This document shows positions 52,408-64,000 of a stretch of 64,000 nucleotides of DNA, piece by piece (the first letter of the stretch is position 1; every line of letters begins with the position of its first letter). Location of the stretch: positions 64,046,001 through 64,110,000 of the forward strand of contig NC_043002.1 in assembly GCF_006345805.1 (NCBI RefSeq). Direction: 5' to 3'. The translations under genes were made by a program, and so were the position numbers. The notes below the pieces were generated by a model. The model was not told where the DNA came from, searched no databases, and worked only from the letters and a program-made list of their open reading frames with translations. The stretch comes from Octopus sinensis. Lineage: Eukaryota.

Positions 52408-52495
52408 ATAGCAGCAATTTAAAGTAACTGTTATTTGCCAACCTAATGTGCCACATTAGGTTGGCAAATAATCTTTACTTTAAAGTGCTGCTGCT
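52408..52495. repeat. Hairpin/palindromic MITE core
   Basis: 20-bp perfect arms TTATTTGCCAACCTAATGTG (52431-52450) and CACATTAGGTTGGCAAATAA (52452-52471), with imperfect outer extension. Confidence 0.8.
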
Positions 52496-54635
52496 GAGAG
52501 ATTTATGAACAATGTTTCTATTCATTAGATCAGTCATTGAGTATCACTTATATATTTTTGGACGGGCGTTTAGCAACACCATCTCAACTTTGTGACGACG
52601 AAGGGAAATAAACTTGAAACTGTCTGGTTCACAGACACTGCTTTCTGTTGTGTGGGGATGCTAACGTCCCCTGTTCGAAAATATAAGAACACAGAACGTG
52701 TGTCGTATAGCCAGCTGGAGACGATGTCTTCTGGGTCTAAACTACTGTAGCATTCGCCCCCTAAACGAGACTGCCATGTTAGGTTGTCAAAAAACTGTTA
52801 CTACACACATATACATATATATATACAGAGAGAGAGAGAAAGATAGAGAGTGAGAGAGAGTGAGGGAGAGAGAGGGAGAGAGAGATAGACAGACAGATTT
52901 TGAAGTGATGTACTGATATTATTCTATATATATATATACGTGTGTGTGTATGCGCGCGTGTGTGTATATATATAACTATATACAGTTAAATGTTGTAACC
53001 TGTGATGGTATCGAAACAAAAAATACTCTATCCATAATTTTGCAGACTAACACTTCTTTCCAATTGATGAATTCGAAAGTTAAGCTATAGTCATGCTCTT
53101 GCAGTTACTGAAAATCTCTTAAATTTCCATCACCAAAGTTTAATTGTATATAATGAAATGTTCGTACCTTCTCAGTAAACTTTTCTCAGTTGATTATGTA
53201 TCAGCATGTCTGTACATTCGGGTCTGTGTCCATAGCATTTGCAGAGAATGTGTACCTAACACTCGTAACTGTTAGTGACATATATTTATGTCGTAACGTC
53301 ATAATTCTGCATGAGGTAGATAGCTGAACTAACAAAGTATGCATGCCCAGGTTATAGAGAATTTTCAATGTCCTGTTCCTTTTAGATGTCCTACTTGAAT
53401 ATGTGTATTGTTTTCTACTTGAATATGTGTATCATTTTTATACAAGGAACTAATGTTATAAATTTCAATCTTTTGTATTATTTGCAACTAGTTATGCTCC
53501 GTGGTGAAGAATCTGATGCTAAGGGAGAATGTATGTCACATATATTTTTTGTATGGTAATGTTCTTTTCCTTTGACCTCGCTTAATGAAATTCTTGTGAG
53601 ATAAATGGGGTTTTTTCCCCACATATTTTTCTACATTGTGGTTTCTGCAGAACTACTATTTCGTGATGTTTTTGATCTTGTATGATGCTTTAGTTGCTGA
53701 GATATTTTACTATAAATGTTATTTCGTCATTGCTGTTGTTGTTGTTATTGTTGTCGTTTTTCTTGTACTAATAAAAAGTGGGAAATTGATTTGGCAGATG
53801 TAACTAAAATATGTTGATTGGGAGCGTGAGCTGTGAGCTTTTTTATTTTTGTATGTAGATATTCTGCACCTGTGTCTCTTTTGAAGAGCTACGATACCGC
53901 TCTGATGTCATTTCTGTATTATTTTGTGAGCAATTTATGAAAGGTCGAAAGTTCGTACGGGTACAGGTTAAAATTGATTGGTGACAGTATAATATATTGT
54001 AGCTGTCCAATGGGAAAATTAAAGGTTCTTGATGTGTAGTAATAGGATACATCACAGGCTTTTATGTTTACGAGGTTTTTCCACTTGCCAACATTATGCG
54101 TTGCTTACTCTCTCGGAAGCATTGATTAATTTTTTTGTATATACAACTGAAATTGAACAGAAGAATACATGTCCCTATCAATGGTATAAAAAAAGGCAGT
54201 CATCTGGCAGAATGACAACCACGTGGGACGAAATTCTTGAGGGCATTTCATCGGGCTACTTACGTTCTGAGTTCAAATACAGCGGAGGTCAGTTTTGCTT
54301 GTGAAACCTTCAAGTTTGATAAAGTAGAGTGATAGTGAAGTACCAACGTTGATGCAATAGACTTTTCAGCACACGCCGCTCCGAAAGAGGCTGGTTTTCC
54401 GTCACGTGTGTCGCTTAAGCTCTTTAAAAACCATAGAACACATCTAAGAGTCAAGAACGCGGAATTTGAGCTTCCCGATTTGTCTATTCAGTTCATGATT
54501 TCGATAGGAAATAAGCGATCTGGTTAAGGGTTCAAATGGAAAATGCAAAGTATTTGCAGTGTTCCTCCTATATTTGTCGCGTCTGATAGTCAGGCATATC
54601 TAATCATACCGTATGCAATATTTTGCAGTGTGTAA

Positions 54636-55235
54636 GGTGGCGAGCTGGCAGAAACGTTAGCACGCCGGGCGAAATGCTTAGCGGTATTTCGTCTGCCGTT
54701 ACGTTCTGAGTTCAAATTCCGCCGAGGTCGATTTGCCTTTCATCCTTTCGGGGTCGATAAATTAAGTACCAGTTACGAACTGGGGTCGATATAATCGACT
54801 TAATCCGTTTGTCTGTCCTTGTTTGTCCTCTCTGTGTTTAGCCCCTGGTGGGTAGTAAAAGAAGTAGGTATTTCGTCTGTCTTCATGTTCTGAGTTCAAA
54901 TTCCGCCGAGGTCGACTTTTCCTTTTATCCTTTCGGGGTCGATAAATTAAGTACCAGTTACGCATTGGTGTCGATGTAATCGACTTAATGTCCTTATTTG
55001 CCCCCTCTATGTTTAGCCCCTTGTTGGAAATAAAAAAAATTAGAATCGCTATCACGCTGGGCAAAATGCTTAGCGGTATTTCGTCTGTCTTTACGTTCTG
55101 AGTTCAAATTCCGCCGAGGTCAACTTTGCCTTTCATCATTTCGGGGCCGATAAATTAAGTACCAGTTCCATACTGGGGTCGATCTAAACTACTAGTCCTC
55201 TTCCCATAAATTTCGGGCCGAGAGTAGAAAAGAAT
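54636..55235 (+). mobile_element. Tandem array of 3 family C SINE units
   Basis: A full unit followed by units restarting at GGTATTTCGTCTG (54867) and near 55050. Confidence 0.88.
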
Positions 55236-55919
55236 ATTTTGCAGAATCTATTGTCATTTTTATGATAAGATGTAGCTGCTATTGTTAATATTGTTGACGT
55301 TGCTATCAATTGTCGTGTAGTTCAAGGCAAATAATATTCATCGCTGTCTTCTTAATTCTGATTTCATTTCTCAGCGATTTCTTGCTGGAATATTCTAATT
55401 TTGGGACTCAGATTTATTCTCTGTCCTCAGAATGCTTCCTTTGTGTTTTTTCCAATGTTGATTTTTCTCGGAGTGTAAGTCGGGGTTGGTTTTTGTCTCT
55501 ATTGTGCTTAAAGTTAATTGCATGAGGGCATCATTTATGATAATTTCCTAGAGTCCATAGTGCCTTTGTCGTCTATGATTTAAGTAAACATCACTTTTGA
55601 TTTTGGAAGAAATATTTTAAATGTAGTTTAAATTTTGTAATTTAGTGTAAATGATATTATTTTGTTCATATAGTTTTGGATATTCATGATGAATTTTTCA
55701 CATTGTTGTGGGTAAAGATGTTTTTTGTTCCAGTTGCAATATTTGATCTCTTGTAAAGCCCAGAAAACGATTCAGCTCAGGTCAGCTTATGCGCAGAATT
55801 TTTATTATTGGATCTGCCTTTATTTTAAGCGTTACTTTAGTAATTTCGGTGACATTAAACTTTTATTTCTAGCATATCCATGTTTCTTCTGTGACTTTCC
55901 TTGTCAACTTGTTTTTGTA

Positions 55920-56130
55920 CAGTGTGTCTATAAAGTCTGGGTACATGGGGATTAACATATACTTTAAGAAATTATTATTTCTTCTATTTAATTCTTTATG
56001 TTATGATTTTATTTACTCCATGTACCCACATGGGATTAACGCATACTTTAAGAAACTATCATTTCTTACATTTAATTGTTTACGTTATGATTTTATTTTC
56101 GCCATGTACCCAGACATTGTGGACACCCTG
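55920..56130. mobile_element. Tc1/mariner-type MITE with TA TSD and internal tandem duplication of about 85 bp
   Basis: TA|CAGTGTGTCTATAAAGTCTGGGTACATGG ... CCATGTACCCAGACATTGTGGACACCCTG|TA. Confidence 0.8.
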
Positions 56131-56257
56131 TATAATTGTTGGAGTGGTCGGTTTTGTAACAGAATCTATCTTACATAGAAAATATACTGAATTAATCTCT
56201 GTGATGTACTAGGACTAATTTGGATGTAATGTGAAGTGTATGCCTTTTTTCTTTTCT

Positions 56258-56625
56258 ACTCTAGACACAAGGCCTGAAATTTTGGGGGAGGGGGCCAGTC
56301 GATTAGACTGGTACTTAATTTATTGACCTTGAAAGGATGAAAGGCAAAGTCGACTTTGGCGGAATTTAAACACAGAACATAAAGACAGATTAAATACCTA
56401 TTTCTTTACTACCCACAAGGGGCTAAACACAGAGAGGACAAACAAGGACAGACAAACGGATTAAGTCGATTATATCGACCCCAGTGCGTAACTGGTACTT
56501 AATTAATCGACCCGAAAGGATGAAAGGCAAAGTAGACCTCGACAGAATTTGAACTCAGAAGTAGCAGCAGATTACATACCGCTAAGAATTTCACCCAGTG
56601 TGCTAAAGTTTATGCCAGCTCACCA
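56258..56625 (-). mobile_element. Family C SINE dimer
   Basis: Two units joined at 56398/9. Confidence 0.85.
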
Positions 56626-56823
56626 CTACATGTCTGTTTTTCTTCATGTCAAATTTTTTCTGTTCATTGCTTTTTTGTTCATTTTGTCTTGCATATTATT
56701 TATTTAATGCATACTTTCGATCTTTTATTTATTTATTTACTTATTTATTTATTTATTTATTTATTTATAAGTCTGAGAGGGGAATTATAAAAGTAACCAA
56801 ATCAAATGACATATAAAAAAAAA

Positions 56824-57081
56824 ATTGGGGGGCCTGCTGCATAATTATAGCGGCTTTTTTTCAACAAATTTTGTTCAACAAAAACAATAACAACACGTAA
56901 CAAAAGCATTTTTAAATGATTATTCCTGAGCATATTCAACATCTACTTCAGTTACTGCTTTCCATTTGCTTGGCAGACGGTCAGATCGTCATTTAAATAT
57001 GTTTTTGTTAAATACTGATATTGTTTTTACTGAATTAATTTTTTGTTTAAAAAGCCGCAATAATTATGCACCAACACAATA
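56824..57081. mobile_element. Mariner internal-deletion derivative (MADE-like TIRs)
   Basis: TIR TATTGTGTTGGTGCATAATTATTGCGGC (right end, reverse complement) with a degenerate left TIR; minus strand retains the mariner C-terminus-like LPSKWKAVTEVDVEYAQE*. Confidence 0.7.
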
Positions 57082-57229
57082 TTTTATAATCTTGCCTCAT
57101 ATCGTGTGTGTTGCAGTCTCTTAAATGATGTGTTCTTCGCAAATATTGTAAACAGTTGCGGTTGAGTTAGAGAAGGTGATAGTAAAATTTGAAAATATAG
57201 GCGAAATTGTATATTTTCAATATTTTTAT

Positions 57230-57513
57230 TTTACTTACAGTAAAACATTTTCAATATGGTTTGCCCTGTTGATGCGAAGTATGAAGCGTTTGCGTGTTAA
57301 ATTTGATGCAGCAACTCTAGGTTTTCCCCAATTACATCACGATCATACTCAGTACGTTCCTTTAACTGATTCATATATTGTTTGTCCTTGAGTGTACTTC
57401 CTTTTGCATACACCTGGAATAGAAGTGAAGCGAAATAAAACCTGGTGAGCGAGGAACTAATTCAAAGTTCATTCCAACGCCACATATCCACATATTCTAT
57501 GGTCACCCTGTAT
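57230..57513 (-). mobile_element. Highly decayed Tc1/mariner-like remnant
   Basis: TA|CAGGGTGACC terminus at about 57512 and weak transposase C-terminus-like translation. Confidence 0.35.
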
Positions 57514-58956
57514 ATCTTAGTAAGTTTGGATGCACCAACAATTTATGTCAGCTTGGTTATATAGAGGAATTCGTCTCTATTACACTAATGAAAGTGAAGG
57601 GACCAACACTTCATTTACTGACAATTAAACGTCAGTGCACCGAGCTTCAATTCAACTTATATAGTCATTTCAATTCAGTAAATATTTCTCCTTGTATAGT
57701 TTCTAGTTGTTTATCTACGTGTATGAGATTGTTGGCAAATAACCTGTCGTCAGTAAGCTCTAACAATCGTTAAAGGCGGGTATTTTGCTTCAGTTTCAAT
57801 GGATTAAGCGGAAATGGAAGGATTCTTCCCCAATCACAGAAAACCGGTTTGTAAAAGGCAACGGAAACTGATTATGGGATCTGCATATTCATAATCAAAA
57901 GATGTAACATTAGATAATACAGCCTAAAGATGTGTATTCAGGTACGAACCAGAACACTTGAAGCATATCGTATGAAGCCATATTTCAACAGAAAATGTAT
58001 TGAGTTATCTTGCTTCTCATGCTATTCTATGTAAATAGATGATGATCTGGAAAGGTTTCCGAAAATGTGTTCTCATATACGTTAATCTATCATTTGATTT
58101 CTGTAACAGAAATAGTGTAACAACTAGCCCCATGGAAATGCCTCTCAGCAGCTAACATTATTACTTCATTATTTATGACTTGTTATTTAAACAAGACGAG
58201 TCATTTTCTTCCTAACAATAATCCCAAATAGATCGAAACTACAATGTCGGATACATACACACCACCAATAACTAACCCAACATCCATTTGTACCAGAACA
58301 CATTACTGATTGTTGTTCTTTTTTTGTTGCAAAGAATTGTCGAATCAGAGATTTTTCAAGAAATGATTTCTATTATACATGTAGTGTTTTTAAAACTTTC
58401 CATTCTCAGATATCGAACTCGTTGAGAGATTTAATTAATTCTTTAGAATTTCAACAGCCATCTTTAATACATAGTGAAAATGGATTGTATTTAAGTAGGT
58501 AATGCTCTGTGAATCGTTATTGAAGTGAGAGTGCCAAATGTAACAATTCAAAGTATAATCTTCTAAGATTAAAACGGTATCAGACATTATAATGGAGTAC
58601 AGATGTCCAATACGTGCTGCGCATGTATGTACGTTTTAATTGGTTCTCTGCGTGTGCCACTCTACAAACGGTCGTCGTTATATGAGAGTGTTTCTGTGTT
58701 GCTCTCTGTATATGTGCGATTATTATTTTCTTCAATTTTACGTTTGCGTGCGCCTCCGTGTGTGCGTGTGTGTGCGTGTGTGTGTGAGTGTGTTTTGTTC
58801 CTACTTATCTCTTTTGCCTGTTGGTAAGATTCATTCTCTTTATCTGTACCAGAGGAGGACAATGCTGACAGAAACAGAGATAGAACAACAATAGAAGCAG
58901 TGATAGAATCGACCAAGAAGGACCAATGAATGCTAAGAGATAGCAATATATGCACT

Positions 58957-59021
<65 letters not shown>

Positions 59022-59454
59022 CACACATACACGCACATGTATGTATACATATATAGTTTATAAATGTGTGTGCATGTGTAAAGAAATAATGTTATTACGC
59101 ATATCCAAAGAAACAAGAATGAAAATCAGGTTGCAGGTATATATTAGAAATGGATGTTGAATATTGCGTCATCAATAATATGAAGATGGAGATTTAACAT
59201 TGAAAAAGCATTAAGCAAAGTCATTAGTTGCTTTATTTGTAGCAGATTGACCCTAACGTCATATCGTACTGCAATTGCTATTCTATTTTTTCTTGTATGG
59301 AGTTCAAAATACAATAGCACTATATTGAAAAGAATTCCTCTCTTCTTGTATGAAACTATATTTATAGTTAAAACGAGTGTAGGTGAAATTTATGCTGCTA
59401 AAAAAGCAATGAAGTTTTGCCTTCAAATGTTGACACAATATCAACATGTTTGTG

Positions 59455-59632
59455 AGAGGGACTAAATCGATTACATCGAGGTCAGGGTTCAATTGATATT
59501 TATTTTATCGTTCCCGAAAGGATGAAAGAAAAGTCGGCCCCAGCAGAACTGGAACTCAAAAAGCAAATATGGACGAAATGCCGTTAAGCTTTCTTCCCGG
59601 AGTGCGAACCATTCTCGCAGCTCGCTGCCTTA
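59455..59632 (-). mobile_element. Degenerate family C SINE
   Basis: CCCGAAAGGATGAAAG, GGAACTC and GCAGCTCGCTGCCTT blocks. Confidence 0.65.
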
Positions 59633-60611
59633 GTGATATAAAGAAATATGAAACGGCAATAGGTCTATAGAAATTAACCAACCTCTCTCGACTAACACAT
59701 ACTAAACCTACCTGCTTTGTTTCCTATAGATCGACCCCAGTATGCAACTGGTAAGTTTCCTATATAATTTCATCCTGCTTCAAACGAAATTGATTCATTC
59801 CACACCCACTTCTTTCCTTTCTTTCACTGTTCTTCGTTTTTTCCGTCTCTCATTCTCTGTCCCTCTTTCTCGCTCCCTCTCTTTGCTGTTTGCATGTATA
59901 GAGAATGTGAAATTTTACGATCGACCGATCAGTCAAGATGTAAAGAGATATCAACATCCCCAGTGAAGACAAACGATAAAAATAATTGCCAAACTACTAG
60001 AAATTATATCACAATTGATCGAGATCTGAGCTTAACATTACATTTGGACTATTAGTAATACGATACTTTTTAAGCATTCTGAGTATGCTTCCAACAGGTA
60101 GAAGTTGTGACCTGACGATTGGCCAACAATATTAAATTTTTTGTATGTGTTATAAAGACAAGATGTCAGAGTGAACTTAAGTATAACATCAATGTGAGAT
60201 AGAGCCCTTTATATAGTCTATATGATTGTACCTCTTCTGTACTGCATAAAACGTTCAAGATAGTACACTATAGAATAAAACGTTTGCATAAAATTACTCT
60301 CAACGACAAACTGGATGTCTTTTACCAACACTCGAAATTTCTGTAATCCGTCATTCGAAACGAACTATTCGCTTTCATATGTTAATGAGCTCTCAGTTCC
60401 TCTCACTTCCTAAATTTTAACCAAATATTGTGGAATAAGAACATGTTCGAAATTCAAGAATTCCCATCAAATTCACACCGTAATTGTTATGATTAACAAT
60501 CATCCATTGTAACTATTCACAAAATTTAGTACGAGTCTTCAGGTCGTATTTTGATGTCTTTTGTGTTCTTGTATATCTTATATGTTTGCTTCTAACCCCG
60601 AAATTATTATA

Positions 60612-60691
<80 letters not shown>

Positions 60692-60945
60692 GTAATGGAA
60701 GCTCACAGCTTATTTTGCTGTGATACTTGTTTACTGATCATGCTTCAATAAACCTGCGAAGAATTCCTGAAATTCCAAGAAGTGTCGATTTTTGTAGGTT
60801 TTTTACTTTCACATTTGTACCAATCTTTTTCAGTAATTTTGCTAGTTGAGTGAGTGCTGATACTTCCAAGTGCACTAATTACTTTGATATCGCGTTTACT
60901 CTCCTCATTGACCACAACCTTCATATTTCTCACTTCAAATCAGCA
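60692..60945 (-). pseudogene. R4/Dong-type 3' terminal fragment with (AAT)n tail (array 60603-60691)
   Basis: Reads MRNMKVVV...VISALGSIS...SWNFRNSSQV; compare the R4 C-terminus (V.VIP.VIGALG...LLGT.RILRRVL). Confidence 0.6.
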
Positions 60946-61379
60946 TAGATGTTTCGTCAAATCGTCATAATTATTATCATCATTATTATTTATTATTGTC
61001 GTTAATTATTAATTAGACTCAGGCTCCTGGTAGAATTTATGTGGGTAGTGACTTACTACCTGTTATTACTGACACATCATTTACAGCTTTTAAACGCCAA
61101 ATTCTTGCAATTATAAAATTTAAAGTTTTGTATTTCTTTTTAATTTTTCATCGTCTTTCTTTACAGCCCTTGAATAAAATGGATATGAAGGACCGTTTAG
61201 TAAGCAACTTTGCTTTTCCTTGTCTGTCATTGTTTATTATTTTCAAAATTCTTATAATTTAGTTAGGAAAATCTATAGCATTCTTTTTACCCCACGATCG
61301 TACTATGTACCTTTAGCTTCCACGGACAAATTATACTTGTAAAAATAATAATACATTGAGAGATTTTATGACAGGAAGT

Positions 61380-62290
61380 ATCCTCAAATATCAAGTATCT
61401 TCCTTGGGATTTTTCCAGAATATAGGACACAACTTCCTGCAAATCGACAATGTAAGTGTCAGTTAGAATATCATTGAGGCTTAGTGTAAATATGGTGTGT
61501 GTTGTGCCAAGTGCATCAATTAGTCTACCTCAGTCTTTTCAGCTCCTGGGTTAGCTTCTGCTATTTCTCAATATTTCCTATTCCTTTTTGTTTTGGAATC
61601 TTTTCTGTTATCACAGGGTATTGTAAAAGTCTATGATCACACCATTCATTTTGTCCTGTATGATTCCGTCTGGCCTCCTTGTTTTCACTGTATTTCATTC
61701 TTGTCCCTGTTCCCTTTGAATTTCATTCTTAGCCTTTTTCTCCTTTTCAAGTCTTGAAAATCTGTTCTTTATTCAACGCGTTTAATAAGTTTGCTCTGCA
61801 TATAAACTAATAAGTTGTTTCATTCCCTCTGCGTCTTTCCTCCACACCATTTAAGCCTCTTCAACCTTGGGCTCTTTTTCAGTTCATGAACACCCGCTCC
61901 ATCCATACTCAACAGCTTTCTGGATTATCTATCGAATTTCTGCATTTCCCTTTTTTGTTCAGTCAACAATTGCAGTTCAATATCTAATAACCATCGCTGG
62001 TTTGGAATTAATTGCTTCAATAAAATATACTTTGAATTCAACATTCGGCAGTAATAATTTCCTCACACTCTTTACCTGCTTGTAATTTGCTTCATCAGAC
62101 TCCAGTATTCACAAGCATTTATACCACTGTTATTCCACAAATGAACACATTATTTGCCCATTTGGCATTTCAGTAACCTGGTTCTCTTCAAAACACTCTC
62201 ATTCTATTATCAAAATAGCGAACTTTTCCAGTTTGCATTCCATTTTTACGTCATTAGAGAAAATACGAACTTTATCTACAATGCTTCCCC
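61380..62290 (-). pseudogene. Highly decayed R4/Dong-type LINE relic (late RT to RLE, internal deletions)
   Basis: Reads YKCL*ILESDE..VRKLL..IEAINS..IRY*TAIVD*TK.EMQKFDR..RKLL, KTRRPDGIIQDK..VIIDF and IDALGT. Confidence 0.65.
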
Positions 62291-62319
62291 AACAATATTA
62301 TTGTTGATGTTGTTGTTAT

Positions 62320-62419
62320 CATCGTCGTCGTCGTCATCATCATCATCATCATCATCATCACCATCATCATCATCCTTATTACTATCATTATTATTATCGT
62401 TGTTGCTGGTGTTTTAGTT

Positions 62420-62473
<54 letters not shown>

Positions 62474-62490
62474 TTGCTACTACTACTTTT
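62320..62490. repeat. (CAT)n and (TAC)n microsatellites
   Basis: Directly visible. Confidence 0.93.
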
Positions 62491-62689
62491 ATCATCGCCG
62501 ACAAAATGTGTAGGATTCGCAATACGCTTTTACGCTTAACTTAACAGATAATTTAAAATAAATATTTGATAAAATTCCAAACCGCATTTTAAATATTAAA
62601 GTATGATACGTTTGTGAAGCCAGAAATATGTCAGGGTAAAGTTATCATCCAATTCGAAGATGTCAGGCATCGTTATAGCTATCACGCGT

Positions 62690-62761
<72 letters not shown>

Positions 62762-62906
62762 ACACATACACGTACAAACACTCACATACTACAGGATAAA
62801 CATAGAGATGCGTATACATGTGTACAGACAAATAAATACACATATGTATATAATATGTGTGAATATATATGTATGGGGCCAGTGAGAGTAAGAGACAGTT
62901 TATACG

Positions 62907-62958
<52 letters not shown>

Positions 62959-63510
62959 TGTAAACGTGTATTCAAATAATGCACCGAAGTGGGGAAAAAT
63001 AGATTTATGCAGGTTTTGATAACATGAACATAATTTCAACAAATTGGGAGTAAGACATGTGAAAATGTACTCCTTTCTCTCGTAATTATCATCACTTCAA
63101 ACCTTATCTTTTCTTCTCAAAGTCAAATGTAATAAGTGTATATGGAATTAATGTGAGAGCGTATATGTGTATATGCGTGTAGAAGTTTAAAGAAGTTCTT
63201 TCTTTTATTTTTTTTAATAATACTAATGGATTTGCAAATGGTTATGTATGTAATATACGGGGTAAAAATGAATATATATTTACGAGCAGAGCATATTTCG
63301 ATAGTACTTCAGAAATGCCGACGTTTGTTTGAAGATTATTGATTTTTCACGTATTGGTAAAATGCATCAAATCACGACGAGTTGGAACACGTCATTCTTG
63401 ATTCGACATAATTATGTCTTATCTTTCTTATGCTGACACGTGTTCATAAGCAATATGTGTGCTTCAGGTTTGCATTGAAATGAGAGTAAGCAGAAATATA
63501 TTATGTGCAT

Positions 63511-63555
<45 letters not shown>

Positions 63556-63649
63556 ACATATACATATATGATGTGCATATGTATACATATATGCATACAT
63601 TTAGAAAGCACGCACACACACACACATATATATATTTTTTTTTTTTTTT

Positions 63650-63856
63650 TTTGTCATTTGACTGCGGCCATGCTGGAGCACCGCCTTTAGAGTGGTGAAA
63701 GAGTACAGCAGGTATCACCACCATCCCCTGCCGGAGCCTCGTGGAGCTTTTAGGTGTTTTCGCTCAATAAACACACACAACGCCCGGTCTGGGAATCGAA
63801 ACCGCGATCCTCCGACCGCAAGTCCGCTGCCCTAACCACTGGGCCATTGCGCCTCC
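63650..63856 (-). mobile_element. Family A head fused to family B 3' tail
   Basis: Minus strand GGAGGCGCAATGGCCCAGTGG...CTGCTGTACTCTTTCACCACT followed by CTAAAGGCGGTGCTCCAGCATGGCCGCAGTCAAATGAC. Confidence 0.85.

Positions 63857-64000
<144 letters not shown>

Noticed and set aside
58600-58930. Possible exon with GTAAGA donor at 58824
   Set aside because: The next AG gives an implausibly short intron, and there is no coding signal or homology.

Overview
This is a 64-kb AT-rich eukaryotic window, intronic or intergenic and saturated with microsatellites. It is most likely from an octopus; that is an inference from the tRNA-derived SINE families, (TA)/(CA)/(ATT) density and transposon content. 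I found no convincing host protein-coding exon, and almost all listed ORFs are microsatellite translations. The real coding content is all transposon-derived: (1) a near-full-length, GC-rich, young RTE-clade LINE (26622-30498, minus) with only three visible lesions and a 10-bp TSD; (2) an L1/Tx1-type ORF1-only retroelement (about 30560-32527, minus) with no ORF2, a second diverged 3' copy abutting it head-to-tail, and a 3' tail shared with an abundant SINE; (3) four R4/Dong-type LINE relics next to (TAA)n arrays; (4) Penelope-like relics, including a GIY-YIG remnant and two inverted-repeat pairs carrying minimal hammerhead ribozyme motifs; (5) a maT/mariner transposase relic, plus mariner/Tc1 MITEs, MULE-like MITEs with TTAGGG repeats and non-autonomous Helitrons. 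At least three SINE families are present, one forming tandem arrays that always join at the same internal site. There is also a 1.18-kb near-identical tandem duplication. All coordinates and alignments were read by eye; family names need a library search.
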